A stretch of 64,000 nt of DNA from the human T2T-CHM13v2.0 reference genome, Homo sapiens, in the NCBI RefSeq assembly GCF_009914755.1, contig NC_060943.1. One strand, written 5' to 3'. A program made the position numbers and the translations under genes. Of the stretch, positions 35,700 through 59,650 are shown piece after piece. The notes under the pieces are model-generated. The model was not told where the DNA came from. It made no database searches and worked only from the letters and a program-made list of their open reading frames with translations. How positions within the stretch are numbered: the stretch's first letter is position 1; each line of letters opens with the position of its first letter.

Positions 35700-36087
35700 T
35701 GATCCACTCACCTCAGCCTCCCAAAGTGCTGGGATTACAGGCATGACCACTATGCCCAGCCAGGTTCATTACTTTTTAAAAATCAATCTATGAAAAATTA
35801 AATTGGCCAGGCATGGTGCCTCAGAACCTGTAATCCCAGCACTTTAGGAAGCTAAAGTGGGAGGGTCACTTGAGGCCAGGAGTTGGAGAGCAGTCTGGGC
35901 AACACAGTGAAACCCCATCTGTACAAAAAATACAAAAATTCGCTGGGCTTGGTGGCGCACACCTGTGGTCCCAGGCTCTACTTGGGAGGCTGAGGTGGGA
36001 GAATTGCTTGAGTCCGGAAGATCAAGGCTGCAGTGAGCTCTGTTTGCACCACTGTACTCCAGCCTGGGTGACAGAGGGAGACCTTGT

Positions 36088-36237
<150 letters not shown>

Positions 36238-36275
36238 TCATGTAAATGAAACCAAATTCAGTGATGTTACCTTAA

Positions 36276-36431
<156 letters not shown>

Positions 36432-37043
36432 TGATATGCCTTACATTAAAAAGTCTTTTAGAAAACACCTTTGAGCCATTTTCCAGATAGGGGAAGTCAA
36501 TGAAGCTCCCTCTTGTGGTGAGGGCGACTTTAACATCCACACATCCTGTCTGGGGGACTGGATTTCTGAGTTGTGCTGAGACTTAAGAGTGGAAAAAAAG
36601 TCTACTCTTTTTCCTCTGCTCTCACACAACACGGAATACTTCTGTGACCAAATGCAAATATTTGAGAAGTGTCCCCCACATGCCAAGCAAAGCATCAATT
36701 CTGCAACTGACTCCAGCTCGATGTCTTCTAGTTCCAACACTTTCTACCTTTACATAAGGTACAAAACTGCCTCAGAAATCATCTGACCATGTGTCCCGGT
36801 TTGCCAGTGATAATCCTTGATAGTACCTGTTGTCCCAACATAGTTTTTCATAGCACCTCATCTTGCCATGGTTATCTGTGTCTGAACAATGAATATGTAT
36901 GAATACTTTCACACATAAGCAAAATTAGGTTTATTAAATGAAGTTTCCAGGAATGTTCAAATTTCAACACCTGATTTACCTTATCACAAGTTATGGCTGT
37001 GCTAATTTCTCCAGGAAATATTCACAGAATATTGAATTTATCA

Positions 37044-37361
<318 letters not shown>

Positions 37362-38244
37362 CTAAAACATAATTTTTTTTTTTTTGAGATGGAGTCTCAC
37401 TGTGTCTCAGGCTGGAATGCAGTGGCACGATCTTGGCTCACTGCAAACTCTGCCTCCCGGTTCAAGCAATTCTCCTGCCTCAGCCTTTCAAGTAGCTGGG
37501 ATTACAGGCATGCGCCACCATTCCTGGCTAATTTTTGTATTTTTAGTAGAGATAGGATTTCACCATGTTGGCCAGGCTGGTCTTGAACTCCTGACCTCGT
37601 GATCCACCTGCCTCAGCCTCTCAAAGTGCTGGGATTACAGGCATGAGCCACCGCGCCCGGCCTGCCTAAATCATAATTTCTATGACAGAATTTCTCATTT
37701 ACAGCTTCCCCTGAGACCATCTTTCATTTCAGTTAACCCTGCTCCTTGGGGGTTATATGTGAGATAAAAGTGCCATGCTATATCATGTTCCCTGGCTCAG
37801 TCCTACACAGCATGTCCTGAAAAATGGGTCTTCAGTCACTGTCAATGCACCAGGGATAGATATACATAGTACTGAGAGCCTCTAAATCTTTAATAAGTTC
37901 TGGCTTGGTTAGCTCCCTTACAAGGAAAACCTTGCTGGAGTCCATAGCAGTGTGAGGAAGCCTTGGCCATGCCTCATCCCATTTCCCGCACGCTGGAAGA
38001 CATCTGCCTCTCTCTCCTGGTGCAGTCGTGCCTTGCCTGGTCTGGGCTCCCCTCCTGCTCTGAGGCAAGCGTATCTCTCCATTGAACACTGAGTCTGAAA
38101 TGCCCTGCACACACTTGTGATCCCGTGCAGAAGGAAGGAGCAGGGACAGCCCCTTGAATGAGGAAGCTAACAGTGCCTCTTCTAACAATAAGGAGCAAGT
38201 CGCCTTGAAATGCAAATATCTGATGACCAGGGCTCAAGGAAGGC

Positions 38245-38312
38245 GCTCGCTTAGAGAGGCTGTTCGCTTAGAGAGGCTGCTCGCTTAGAGAGGCTGCTCG
38301 CTCAGAGACGCT
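38245..38312. repeat. 4 x 17-bp tandem repeat GCTCGCTTAGAGAGGCT
   Basis: Copies start at 38245, 38262, 38279 and 38296. Confidence 0.95.
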
Positions 38313-38319
38313 GTGGCCA

Positions 38320-38940
38320 GAACAAGTCAGACATGATCTGCAGGACCCGGTTACCCAGGGCTTCTGCTGTCACTCAGCACGGAGGAGGCGGGGCCTGGCG
38401 CCCCATCCAATCAGGGGTGCTGGGGCGGGGCCCTGTCAACTGTCCATCCGGGGAAGGGGGAAGGGACAGTCGCCCTCCGTCCATTCCTTTAGTGCTGCGC
38501 CGACAGCGGTCAGGATCTCGGCTTTCTTGCTTCGAGAGGGACTAGGTGCCTCCACCAGAGCTTCTGTCGCTCTGTAACCTGCACTGTGACCTACACTAGT
38601 CGCGGGAGCCACGCAGAGGACGCCGGAACACCCTGGAAGCCGAGAAATGGTGTGTGTGAGGGGGCTGGCGTCCGGGCGACTGGGAGAGGGGCTGGAATCG
38701 GCCGGAACCGGCTGAGGCGGGACCCGGGCCTCCACGCGGCGACTCCGGGGTCGTGGACGCGAGTCCCCTCGGTCGCAGGGTGGGGCTGGGCCGGCAGCCG
38801 GGACCCCGGGCCTCCTGTCCCGTCCCTTCACGGCGACTGCGGCCCCGGCTCCGGAGCCTAATCTGGGCAGCTCCGCGTCTCCCCACATTATGCGGGGGCC
38901 ACGGGAGGGATATGGGGGGATCCCGCCTCGGATATGGGGT
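38320..38940 (+). promoter_or_regulatory. ZNF440: ZNF440 CpG-island promoter and exon 1
   Basis: Paralogous to the ZNF491 promoter; CTGTCACTCA 38367-38376, CCAAT 38407-38411, GC boxes. Confidence 0.9.
38647..38649 (+). CDS. ZNF440: ZNF440 start codon at the end of exon 1
   Basis: gagaaATG|gtgtgt; splices in frame to GAC at 54485. Confidence 0.85.
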
Positions 38941-38941
38941 T

Positions 38942-39724
<783 letters not shown>

Positions 39725-39900
39725 GGTTCGTGTGGGAGGAGTAGCGGTCTTTGGGGTCCCCAGTGCCCACTTTTTTCTGTTAAAAATTAAACTGAGGTAC
39801 GTTAACAATTAAAGAGTTTAGGGCCGGGCGCGGTGGCTCACGCCTGTAATCCCAGCACTTTGGGAGGCCGAGGCGGGCGGATCAGGAAGTCAGGAGTTCA

Positions 39901-40044
<144 letters not shown>

Positions 40045-40148
40045 TCAGCCAAGACGGCGTCACTCCAGCCTGGCAACAGAGCCAGACTCCATCTCAAAAC
40101 AACAACAACGATTCACGAATGAGAAACACCCAGTCCTGGCTTGTGGTT

Positions 40149-41178
<1,030 letters not shown>

Positions 41179-41394
41179 TAAGGTACATGAGGAGACAAAC
41201 CAGATAAATGCTTGATTGGTTGCAGAGATGCAGTCACCTTATTTGGACTTGTCAACCCGAAATAATCGAAAGTTTCAGATTTCAACTGGAAGAGTTTATT
41301 CAAGCAAAAAGATAGCAATGGCCCATTTGGGAAAAACACAGACTCCAGAGAAATGGACTCAGTACTCCAAAATTGGAAGTTAAGTTCTTGCTTA

Positions 41395-42667
41395 TATTAC
41401 TGGGAAAAGAGGTCCTGATCAGATCCCAAGAGAGTTCTTGGATCTCATACAGGAAGGAATTCAAGACGAGTCGGAAAGTACAGTGCAAAGAGAGTTTATT
41501 GAAAGCTACTCTGGGCCAGCATGATGGCTTAGGCCTGTAATCTAAGCACTTTGGGAGGCCGAGGTGGGAGGATCACTTGAGGTCAGGAGTTTGAGACCAG
41601 CCTGGGCAATATAGTGAAACCCCATCTCTTCCAAAAATAACAAAAATTAGCCGGGTGTGGTGGCCTGCACCTGTAGTCCCAGGTACTCGGGAGGCTGGAT
41701 GGGACAATCACTTGAACCCGGGAGGCAGAGGTTGCAGCCCAGCTGAGGACACGCCACTGCACTCCAGCTTGGGTAACAGAGTGAGACCCCATCTCAAAAA
41801 ACAAAAACAAAACAAACAAACAAGACAGAGTTCAAGACCAACGTGGCCAACACAGTGAGACCCTGTCTCTATTTAAAAAAAAAAAAGGAAAGAAAGAAAG
41901 AAAGCCTCTCTTACAGAGTAGGGCATCCTCCTAAAGCAAGTGGAGGAACGTACTGTCTAAGTTTTTCTTATGTAGGGATCTTGTCTATGTAAAAGACTAA
42001 ACTGAGCTGTGCCTACGTGCATGTGGGCTGACAGCGTCACAAAATTTATTACTCTGTTGATTTAAAGAAAACTATCCTTTACATTTTAGTGCATACAAGT
42101 GCATTAAAACATAACTATAATTATCAGGCCAGGTGTGGTGGCTCACGCCTGTAATCCCAGCACTTTGGGAGGCCGAGGTGGGCGGATCACTTGAGATTAG
42201 GGGTTCGATACCAGCCTGATGAAACCCTGTCTGTACTAAAAATACAAAAAAAAATTAACTGGGCATGGTGGCATGTGCCTGTGATCCCAGCTACTCGGGA
42301 GGCTGAGACAAGAGAATTGCTTGAACTTGGGAGGTGGAGGTGCAGTGAGCCGTGATTGTGCCATTGCACTCCAGCCTGGGCAACAAGAGTGAAACTCTGT
42401 CTCAAAAAAAAACCAAAACGAAACAAACAAAAAAAACTATAATTATCTTGAAAGCACATATTATTATGGGTATTGGGACATCAGGACATTCTGTTGTTGT
42501 GGGAGTGTAAGGATACTTGCAGGCATCTTCAGGCTGTCTCCTTCATGGGAAACATTTTGTGATCATGGGTTGCGACTGGCAAGGAGTGTTTCTTGTTAGT
42601 CTCAAGATGGAGCTGAACTTAAATTGGTGTGTTACTCTGGCTCCCCTAGGCACCTGCTTCCCTAACA
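41395..42667 (-). mobile_element. MER41/LTR26-like solo LTR with internal Alus, nested in an older LTR
   Basis: Ends cctgcttccctaaca, TSD CTTA; empty site gttcttgcttatatagg at 23581 in ZNF491. Confidence 0.7.
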
Positions 42668-43112
42668 CTTATATAGGCGAAAGGCAAATAAATATAACAG
42701 GATTACATTTTCCATAGAAGGCTGATGTATGAGGTACAACAATTTAATTATTATTATTATTATTATTATAGACAATATCTTGCTCTGTGGCCCAGGCTGG
42801 AGCAGTGGTGCGATCATGGCTTACTGCAACCTTGACCTCCCCGGCTCAAGCACCTCCGCCTCCCAAGTAGCTGAGACTATAGTCGCCCACCAGCACACCT
42901 GGCTAATTTTTTATTTTTTACAGAGGTGGGGTCCCAATACATTGCTCAGGCTGGTCTCTAGCTCCTGGCCTCAAACAGTCTTCCTTCTTTGGCTTCCAAA
43001 ATAGCTGAGATTACAGGCGTGAGCCACTGCACCTGGCTAACAACCTAATTCATTATGGTTTTTTTTCCCCCAGAGCTTGTTTTCTTTAAAGCTCGTTTTT
43101 ATTTCCTTTTCA

Positions 43113-43349
<237 letters not shown>

Positions 43350-43782
43350 TTATGAAAAATCATATTAAATTTTAAAAAAATAGTGATGAGGGAAAGGGTC
43401 TTTCCTGTTTTCCCTCAGTCATTTACAACATTTTACAAAACAGTATAGGTAAGAAAGAAGGCGAATCTGTAATCAGGGAAAGGAGGGTTCCAACTGGCTA
43501 TGTAAAAGCTGTGTGTCAGGTGACTCAACTCCATGATCACATTGCTTAAAGATAATTTAGAGATTAAATTTTTTAATTACTTGTGTTTTGTTTGTTTGTT
43601 TTTTTGATTTTTTTTGAGACACAATCTTACTCTGTCACCCAGGCTGGAGCGCGGTGGCACCATCTGGGCCCACCGCAGCCTCTGCCTCCTGGGTTAAAGT
43701 AATTCTCCTGCCTCAGCCTCCCAAGTATCTGGGATTACAGGTGCGTACCACCACACTTGGCTAATTTTTATATTATTAGTAA

Positions 43783-43947
<165 letters not shown>

Positions 43948-44339
43948 TAATCACAGGTTAATTGGTGGATTATGCCTGATTAAGCATAAATTTCATTTCC
44001 CTATAAATTAGTAATTTTCAAGTGTTTTATTTAAATTTGATTTTAGTGTCCTTAGGTAGGACCTTAGAATACTACACACAGTTTGGTCTCATTGCTTCTT
44101 ATTTAAATTTTTTCACACTTTCCAGGGTGAGTGGTTTCCCACTACAATTTCCAAATATACGGGATGCAGGGCCTCAAATCCTCCACCCTCATACCACAGC
44201 CTGACTCTTCAAGGGCTTGCAGTGAAATCTGTGTCTGAACATTTCACATGAGAGGAAAGCAGAGAATAACCACTAGACATTTTCCCGAGAAAACCTTTCT
44301 GCCTCTCCTCCTTTTATCTTTCCTAGACACAGTCACCTA

Positions 44340-45825
<1,486 letters not shown>

Positions 45826-46939
45826 CGCTTCGGTGAGCAGGATGGGGGTGGAGAGATGTCTCATGTGATAGGGTGACTGTGCTGACACATGAGTCAGACA
45901 TCACTGTGTTCCAGCCAGCACGGCCCCTCTGTGGGCTTGTCCCTTGTAAAGAATTGTTCATAGATTGCAGCTTGAGTGTTTCAAATTAACTTTACATTGC
46001 ATTTGTCACTAGAACCAAATCCAAGAATGATTGCGTAGGTCAGTGAGACACAGAAGAGGCAACTCAACAAAGCCCATGACATACAGTGCATGGCTCACAA
46101 TCCCAGGAGATGAGGGCAGCACAGCTGCAGAGCAACACAGAGTGGGGGGAACATCCAGGATGCACATTCAACCAGTAGGTGGGGAGCAAGACAGACAGGG
46201 ACCTGTGGGCCAAAGCGTTTCTTGGGGTCTAGGGAATTGACCAAGGAGGTGTCTCTTGGGGAGTTGTTTCTGGTGGATTTAGAGCAAGCAGGCACTAGTT
46301 CTGTGAAGTCGCACTGTGATTAAGAGGTGGTCTGTACCATCCATGTGGGGTGTAAGGGTCAGTGGTACAAGTCAAATTGGTTATATCTAGCTGTCCCACA
46401 GGGAGGTGGTCACCAGAATGCAGTTGTGTAATAAATATATGTGAGTTGACCACATGGAGGAACTGGGAGAAAGTGGAGAACTAGAAACTCTGTTGAGTTT
46501 GAATAAAGTTTTCTTCCGTTATGAGAAAGTTAAATCCTTAAAGAAAATGCATGCTAAGGTAACATATAATTATAAGAACTCAGTATAAGAGGCAACTCTA
46601 GAATTAATTAAATTATTGTATATGGAGATGACAGGTAGTGGATTGATTATTCTCCTGTAGATAACCATTTGTCCCTGCTTTTTCTGTTAAGTGTTCACCA
46701 CTTGTATCATTGGCTGGCAATACCTGGTTTGTCATAGTTTCACATTACCTTAAACAGATGCCCAGACTGGGCACAGTGGCTCATGCCTTTAATCCTAGCA
46801 CTTTGGGAGGCTGAGGCGGGTGGAACACCTGAGATCAGGAGTTCAAGATCAGCCTGACCAATATGGTGAAACCCTGTCTCTACTAAAAATACAAAATTAG
46901 CCAAGCGTGGTGGTACATGGCTGTAATCCCAGCTACTCA

Positions 46940-47555
<616 letters not shown>

Positions 47556-48000
47556 CCCCCCCAACCATACTCTATAGAGCATCTTGGCTATTCTTAGTCA
47601 TTGTGTTATATTTCAGTTTTTAGAAGTAGTTTTTCCTTAATTTTAGTGAAAAAAACAAACTGCCTTGTAAATTTCATGGACTAAAATATAACTGTAGTCA
47701 TATTTCAGAAACGTTACATCATAGTGCTATTTAATCTCCTTTTAAGGACACATGACATTTTTTCATTTATTTCATTTTATATTGATGTTTTTCAGTGTAG
47801 ACTTTTTGCATAATAATCATTTTATATCCTTCCTGAGACTTTTTTGGACTTGAAGAAAATTAGTTTTAATAGAAATTAGTGGCTGGGCGTGGTGGCTCAT
47901 GCCTGTAATCCCAATATTTGGGAGGCCGAGGTGGGTGGATCACCTGAGGTCAGGAGTTTGAGACCAGCCTGACAAACATGGAGAAACCCTGTCTCTACTA

Positions 48001-48159
<159 letters not shown>

Positions 48160-48383
48160 TCAAAAAAATAAAAAAAAAATGAAGAGATTATTCCAGTGTC
48201 GGCAACATGGCAAACTTTGCCTATACAAAAAATTACCTCGTCATTGTGATGTGTGCCTGTCGTCCCAGCTACTCAGGAGGCTGAGGTAGAAGGATCTGTT
48301 GAGCCTAAGAGTTCGAGGCTGCAGTGAGCTATGATTGCAACACTACACTCCAGCCTGGGCAACAGAATGATACCCTGTTTCAA

Positions 48384-48415
<32 letters not shown>

Positions 48416-48931
48416 AAGAAAAAAATTAGTTTCAATAGGATATGCTGTCTTTTAAAAATTACATTCAGCAACTTGTTGCTGATAATTAAAATTCGCTGAG
48501 ATTTATTTCTGTATAGAGTGTGCATTCTAGAAACTTACTAAAAATATTATGTATGCACAAAATACATAAAAGAATTGCACAATGAATTCAAATAATGATG
48601 GAACCAGTATTGGGAATAAGATAACTGCCTTACTTTTCCTTATACTTTCTCAACCTGGGTATGCATCCTCATCAGTGTGTTTTATTTTTGCATGTTTTTT
48701 ATGCAAATGATAACCGATATGTGATATTTTATATCGGATTTTATTTTAACTCAGTTATGAACCTTATATGGAATGATAGTTAATTCACTTTCTTATTTAA
48801 TGGATTTTATTATTTAGAACAGTGGTTGTTTCCCCAAAACATTGGGCAGATAATCCACAGAGTTCCAGCATTTTTATTCCAGGCTCATAGTTCCCCCCAC
48901 CACCCTTTTTTTTTTTTTTTTTTTGAGATAG

Positions 48932-49111
<180 letters not shown>

Positions 49112-49994
49112 TGACCAGGCTGGTCTCAAACTCCTGACCTTGTGATTCGCCCACCTCAGCCTCCCAAAGTGCTGGGATTACAGGCGTGAGCCACCGTACC
49201 CAGCATAGTTCCCCCTATTCTAAACATCTTGACTGGCCAGGTGCTGAGCCTTATACCTGTAATCCTACCACTTAGGTAGGCCAAAGCAGCAGGACAGCTT
49301 GGACTCGGGAGTTGGAGGCCAGCCTAGGCAACATAGCAAGACCCTGTTTCCAAAAATAAAAAAAATAAAAAATAATAAAAAATAAAAAATAAAAACTGTT
49401 TGAAACCAAAGAAACCATATTGACTTTGTGTAGTGTATCCTGCAACTGATGCAAGAATATATTACATGTGAACATGATGGAAATTGAAGAAGCCAATGTT
49501 ATTATTACCTAAAGTCCATCTTTTACATTAGGCTTCACTCTTTGTGTTCTGTGGTTTAAGACAACTATGTGTCATGTATCCACCATCACAGTCTTATAGA
49601 GAAGTGTTTTACTGCCCTCAAAATCCCCTGTGCTCCTTCTAATCATACCTCTCCCCTCCCTCTTTTGCCACCCCTATTTATCCCTGGCAACAAATGATGA
49701 TGTTCCTGCCTCTAGAGTTTTGCATTTTCCAGAATATCACATATTTGGAATGATACTGTAAGTGGCCATTTCAGACTTGCTTCTTTCATGTAAAAATATG
49801 CTTTGAAGGTCTCTAAATACCTTTGTTGCTTGACAACTCATTTATTTTTTATTTTTCTTTCTTTATCTAAAGATTTTTGTTTTGTGAGAGACAGGGTCTC
49901 AAACTCCCCAGCTCAGGTGATCCTCCCGCCTCAGCTTCCCAAAGTGCCTGAATTCCACTTGTGAGCCACCATGTCCGGCCACTGATTTTCTTTT

Positions 49995-50031
<37 letters not shown>

Positions 50032-50033
50032 GA

Positions 50034-50192
<159 letters not shown>

Positions 50193-50851
50193 TAGTAGAG
50201 ACGGGGTTTCTCCATGTTGAGGCTGGTCTCGAACTCCTGACCTCAGGTGATCCACCCGCTCGGCCTCCCAAAGTGCTGGGATTACAGGCGTGAGCCACCG
50301 CACGCGGCCAGGGCCACTCATTTTCTTTCATCACTGAATAACATTCTATTGTACGGATGTTACCATAGTTTGTTTCTTTATTCACCTGTTGAAAGGCTCA
50401 TCTTGAGCCTGGTGTCACGCCTCATCCCTGAGTTCCCAGCACATGGGAGACTGAGATGAGATTGCTTAAGGCCAGAAGTTAGAGAACAGCCTGGTAGATA
50501 CCGTGTGAGACCTTATCTATTTTTTTTTTTTAAGACTCACCTTGTTTGATTCTAGTTTTTGGCAGTTATGAGTAAGGCTGCTAAAAACGTTTGTGGGAGG
50601 ACTTTCGTGTGGACATCAGTTTTTAGTTCATTTGAGTCAATATGTAGGAATGAGACTACTGAATCAGTAAGACCATGCCTATTTTCTTCAGAGCTCCGCA
50701 GACTGTCTTCCAAATTGGCTGTAGAATTTTCCATTCACATCCCTAGTGAAGGAGAGTTCACTGTCTCCAGCATTTGGAAGTGTCAGTGTTTTGGATTTTA
50801 GCTACTCCACCAGGTATTTGCTGGTGCTTCATTGTTGTTTTCCTTTTTTAA

Positions 50852-51142
<291 letters not shown>

Positions 51143-52202
51143 TGAGCCACTGCGCCCGGGCTGTTTTCATTTGCTCTTTAATAACATGTAATGTAGAGCA
51201 TCCTGTCATATGTTTGTTTGCCATAATTACATTCTTTAGCGGGAGGTATACTTGGAAAGATTGGGCTTTTTTTTTTTTTTGAGACTGAGTCTGGCTCTGT
51301 CACCCAGGCTGGAGGGCAGTGGCGTAATCTTGGCTCACTGCAACCTCTGTCTCCCGGGTTCCAGTGATTCTCCTGCCTCAGCCTCCTGAGTAACTGGGAT
51401 TACAGGCTCATGCCACCAGGCCCGGCTAATTTTTGTATTTTTACTAGAGACGGGGTTTCACCATGTTAGTCAGGCTGGTCTCAAACTCCTGACCTCGGTG
51501 ATCCACCCGTCTCTGCCTCCCAAAGTGCTGGGATTAAGGCATGAGCCACCGCACCCAGCGTTTTGCTTATTTTTTGATTGGTTGGTTTTTTTCTTATAGA
51601 ATTTTAGGAGTTCTTCATACCTTTTGGGTACCAGTTCTTGATCAGATAGCTGTTCTGCAAATATTTTGTCCCAGTCTGCCGCCTGTCTTTTTATTCTGTT
51701 AACAGTCTTTTCCAAAACATTTTTGTTTTGAATGAAGTCCAATTTATTGATTTTCTCATTCACAGATCATGCTTTTTGTGTTGTGTGTGAAATCTTATTG
51801 CCAAATCAAGGTCGTCTTGGTTTTGACAAGTGTGAAATTGTGAGTTTTGCATTTTCCATATAAGTAAACGATTCATTAGGAAGTAGTTTTGTAAAAGGTG
51901 CAGTTCTGTGTCTAATTCATTTCTTTGCATTTGCTAATTCAGGTGTTTCAATACCATTTGTTTTGTGCCACCATGTCTAATTTTTTATTTTATTATGGAG
52001 ACGGGTATCTCCTTATGTTGCCCAGGCTGGTCTCGAACTGCGGGGCTCAAATGATCTGTCCGCCTTGGCCTCCAGCTTGCATTTTTAATACACGTCTTTA
52101 TAGTAGATTTTTCTGTGTTCCTAGTGCCTCTCTTGTCATCTTATGGAATCTTCTCTTATATATTTAGTTTATTGAGTGTTTCTAATCATCAGGAGATATT
52201 AA

Positions 52203-52341
52203 CTTATTTATGCTGGAGGTTGCACTTTTTTGAATTGCCGACGTGTGAAAAATCAGACTTTGGCCATGACCTTGAGCAGTAGGATATAAATAACTCCCAC
52301 ATGCTTAGCGTTCCAAAAATGGAACACTAGGCATAAATTGG
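52203..52341 (-). mobile_element. MER85 (piggyBac/PGBD3-derived MITE)
   Basis: TTAA on both flanks (52199-52202, 52342-52345); 139 bp; reverse complement reads atttatgcctagtgttcca...ggaacgctaagcatgtgggagttatttatatcctactgctcaagg. Confidence 0.88.
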
Positions 52342-52417
52342 TTAAGGCTTGTCAGATGCCTTTTCTGCCTCTATTAAGGACATTCTTGTGGTGTTTTGTT
52401 TGTTTGTTTAAAGATAG

Positions 52418-52552
<135 letters not shown>

Positions 52553-52555
52553 TAA

Positions 52556-52693
<138 letters not shown>

Positions 52694-54364
52694 TGATTTA
52701 TTATCATTACTTATCTTAAAACAAAATGTAAAACTTATCAGCTTAAGAAATTTTACATGTACAGTTGAGATAGTTTGACAAATCTACATAAGTTCTCTAA
52801 GATGAATTCTATTGTATTTTGCTTTTTTCAATTATCCCGAGGTGTCATGCATGTTGTAGTTTAGTCCAAGATGTTATTTTTTCTTTTTCTTTTTTTTTTT
52901 TTTTGAATCAAGTTTCACTCTTGTTGCCCAGGCTGGAGTGCAATGGTGCAATCTTGGCTCACCACAACCTCCACCTCCCAGCTTCAAGCAATTCTCCTGC
53001 CTCAGCCTCCTGAGTAGCTGGGTTTACAGGAAAGCGCCATTACACCCGGATAATTTTGTATTTTTAGTAGAAATGGGGTTTCTCCATGCTGGTCAGGCTG
53101 ATCTTGAACTCCAACCCTCAGGTGATCTGCCTACCTTGGCCTTCCAAAGTGCTGGGATTACAGGCATGAGCCACCACGCCTGGCTAAGATGTCATTTTCT
53201 AAGAGTAAATAATATCCCATTTTATGTATATGCTTACCACATTTTGTTTTTACATTCAGCCATCAATGGATATGTGGGTGGCTGCATTGCTCATTACTGC
53301 CACCTCAGGAAGGTCGTATAGTGGTTAAATCTGTGCTTATGATACCTGGGTATCTCTTAGGAGTTTCTTGTTTGCCCTCTTGTGTACATACGGTGCCAGG
53401 TTTTGCTTAGGAATGTCCCCTTTGCCCTATCAGCATCTATCTAGCTACATTCTGACAGGATAACTGCAAAGTGAATGATTCCTGGGCATCATAATGGAAG
53501 TTTCTTTCTACCTAGGTGATTCCCCTCCTCTCTGCTTATATCTAGCATGCCTGATTTGGGTGGTCCCTGGGGGTGTGGGATTTCCCAGGGGCTCCCCCTC
53601 CTGCTCTTTGCTACCTACATGCTTCCTCTGACAATATCATCAAAGATTACACTTTGAGAACAGGCATTTTCAAGGATACACAGCCTCAGGACTGCTAATG
53701 TTAACTTTGTTTTGCCTATGAATTCGTAGGACTCTATCATGACAGGTGCTACAGACCCACAGTCCAAAGAGACATTAGGGACAGCCCAGGCAACCCGCTT
53801 TTCTCCCTGGGTTCGGTAAATACATTTCCTATCCTGCTGTGGCTTTAGCCCTTGTTCAGTTCTAGCATCACAATTGCTTTATGAACTAGCCAGGTGTGGT
53901 GGCACATGCCTGTGGTCTCAACTACTCAGGAGGCTGAGGCATGAGAATTGCATGAACCCAGGAGTAAGAGGTTGTAGTGAGCCAAGATGGTGCCACTACA
54001 CTCCAGCCTGGGTAACAGAATGAGACGCTGTCTTAAAAAAAAAAACAACTGCTAGCTGGGCATGGTGGCTCATGCCTGTAATCCCAGAACTTTGGGAGCC
54101 TGAGGCAGGCAGATCACCTGAGGTCGGCAGCCTGACCAACGTGGAGAGACTCTGTCTCTACTAAAAATACAACATTAGCCAGGCATGGTGGCATATGCCT
54201 GTAATCTTAGCTACTCAGGAGGCTGAGGAAGAAGAAGTGCTAGAACCCCGGCAGTGAGCCGAGATCATGCCATTGCACTGCAGCCTGGGCAACAAGAGTG
54301 AAAAAAAAAACAAGTTGCTTTGTGGAAGAAAGTAAGTATACACAGGGAGAAAGAGATCTGATGA

Positions 54365-54661
<297 letters not shown>

Positions 54662-54818
54662 TAGCTCATTAATGCTGTTGAGTGATTTAGAACATAGACA
54701 GGAAATACTTTGATGAATAAATGAGGTATGGCTGCAGTAAATCATGGGCGTAGAATCTAATAATTTTTTCACAATTTTATACTGCCTCAGGACTATTTTT
54801 TCTGTGTCTGTATTTTAG

Positions 54819-54879
54819 GAAAAAGGTGGAAAGACCAGAACATTGAATATGAGCACCAAAACCCCAGGAGAAACTTCAG
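54819..54879 (+). CDS. ZNF440: ZNF440 KRAB-B-type exon (61 bp)
   Basis: ttttag|GA ... CAG|gtaatt; (G)[19 protein letters not shown](R). Confidence 0.93.
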
Positions 54880-55569
54880 GTAATTTGTACTTACAAGACA
54901 AAGCAGTGTCTCTCTAGACAATCTTAGAATATGACAATATATTAAAAATAAGTAAAACAAAGAACTAAGTCCAGGATCAAATTCATTTATTTTTAGAATA
55001 TTTGATCAAAAAACATATATGTAAATGTGACCTAGGCTGTGGGCTCACTCCTGTAATCCCAATCCTTTGAGAAGTGGAGATAGGAGGATAGCTTGAGGCC
55101 AGCAGTTCAAGAACAGCCTGGGCAACATAACGAGACCACATATCAACAACAGCAAAAAATTAGCTGGGCATTGTGGTCTGTAGTCCCAGCTACTCAGGAG
55201 GCTGAGTGAGGCAGGAGGATCACTTGAGCCAGTAAAGGCTGCAGTAAGCTATGGTGATATCACCACACTCCAGTGTGGGCAACAGGATAAGACCCTGAAA
55301 CAAAAGAAAAATGACACAGAGTATTTAGTATTTTAAAATAGTTTACATGGGAAGAGTATTAAGATACCCCATATAAACAGTTTTTTAAATAATAGGTATG
55401 GCTGGGTCACCTTGTAGAATATGTTGTCCAGTCACCTTCAAACAATTCAGACAGGGCAGAAAGCCTACACTTTGATGGAGAGTGTTAAAAATGCAAGTGC
55501 AATACTTGTTGATTAATATAGAAGTACTTATAAACAAACCCTTCATAATATGCTTCTCATTTTTGACAG

Positions 55570-58095
<2,526 letters not shown>

Positions 58096-58226
58096 CAATT
58101 AACTGTTTATAATAACTGTATACTAACAAATGATATTCTTTTTAAATAAGAAGCTATAATATCCCATTGGTGTCATGTATTAGATCAGCCTTATACTGTT
58201 AAATTGTTATTATTTGGACATTGTGA

Positions 58227-59650
<1,424 letters not shown>

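Noticed and set aside
52203-52341. snoRNA or other small RNA gene
   Set aside because: TTAA flanks and terminal inverted repeats identify a MER85 MITE
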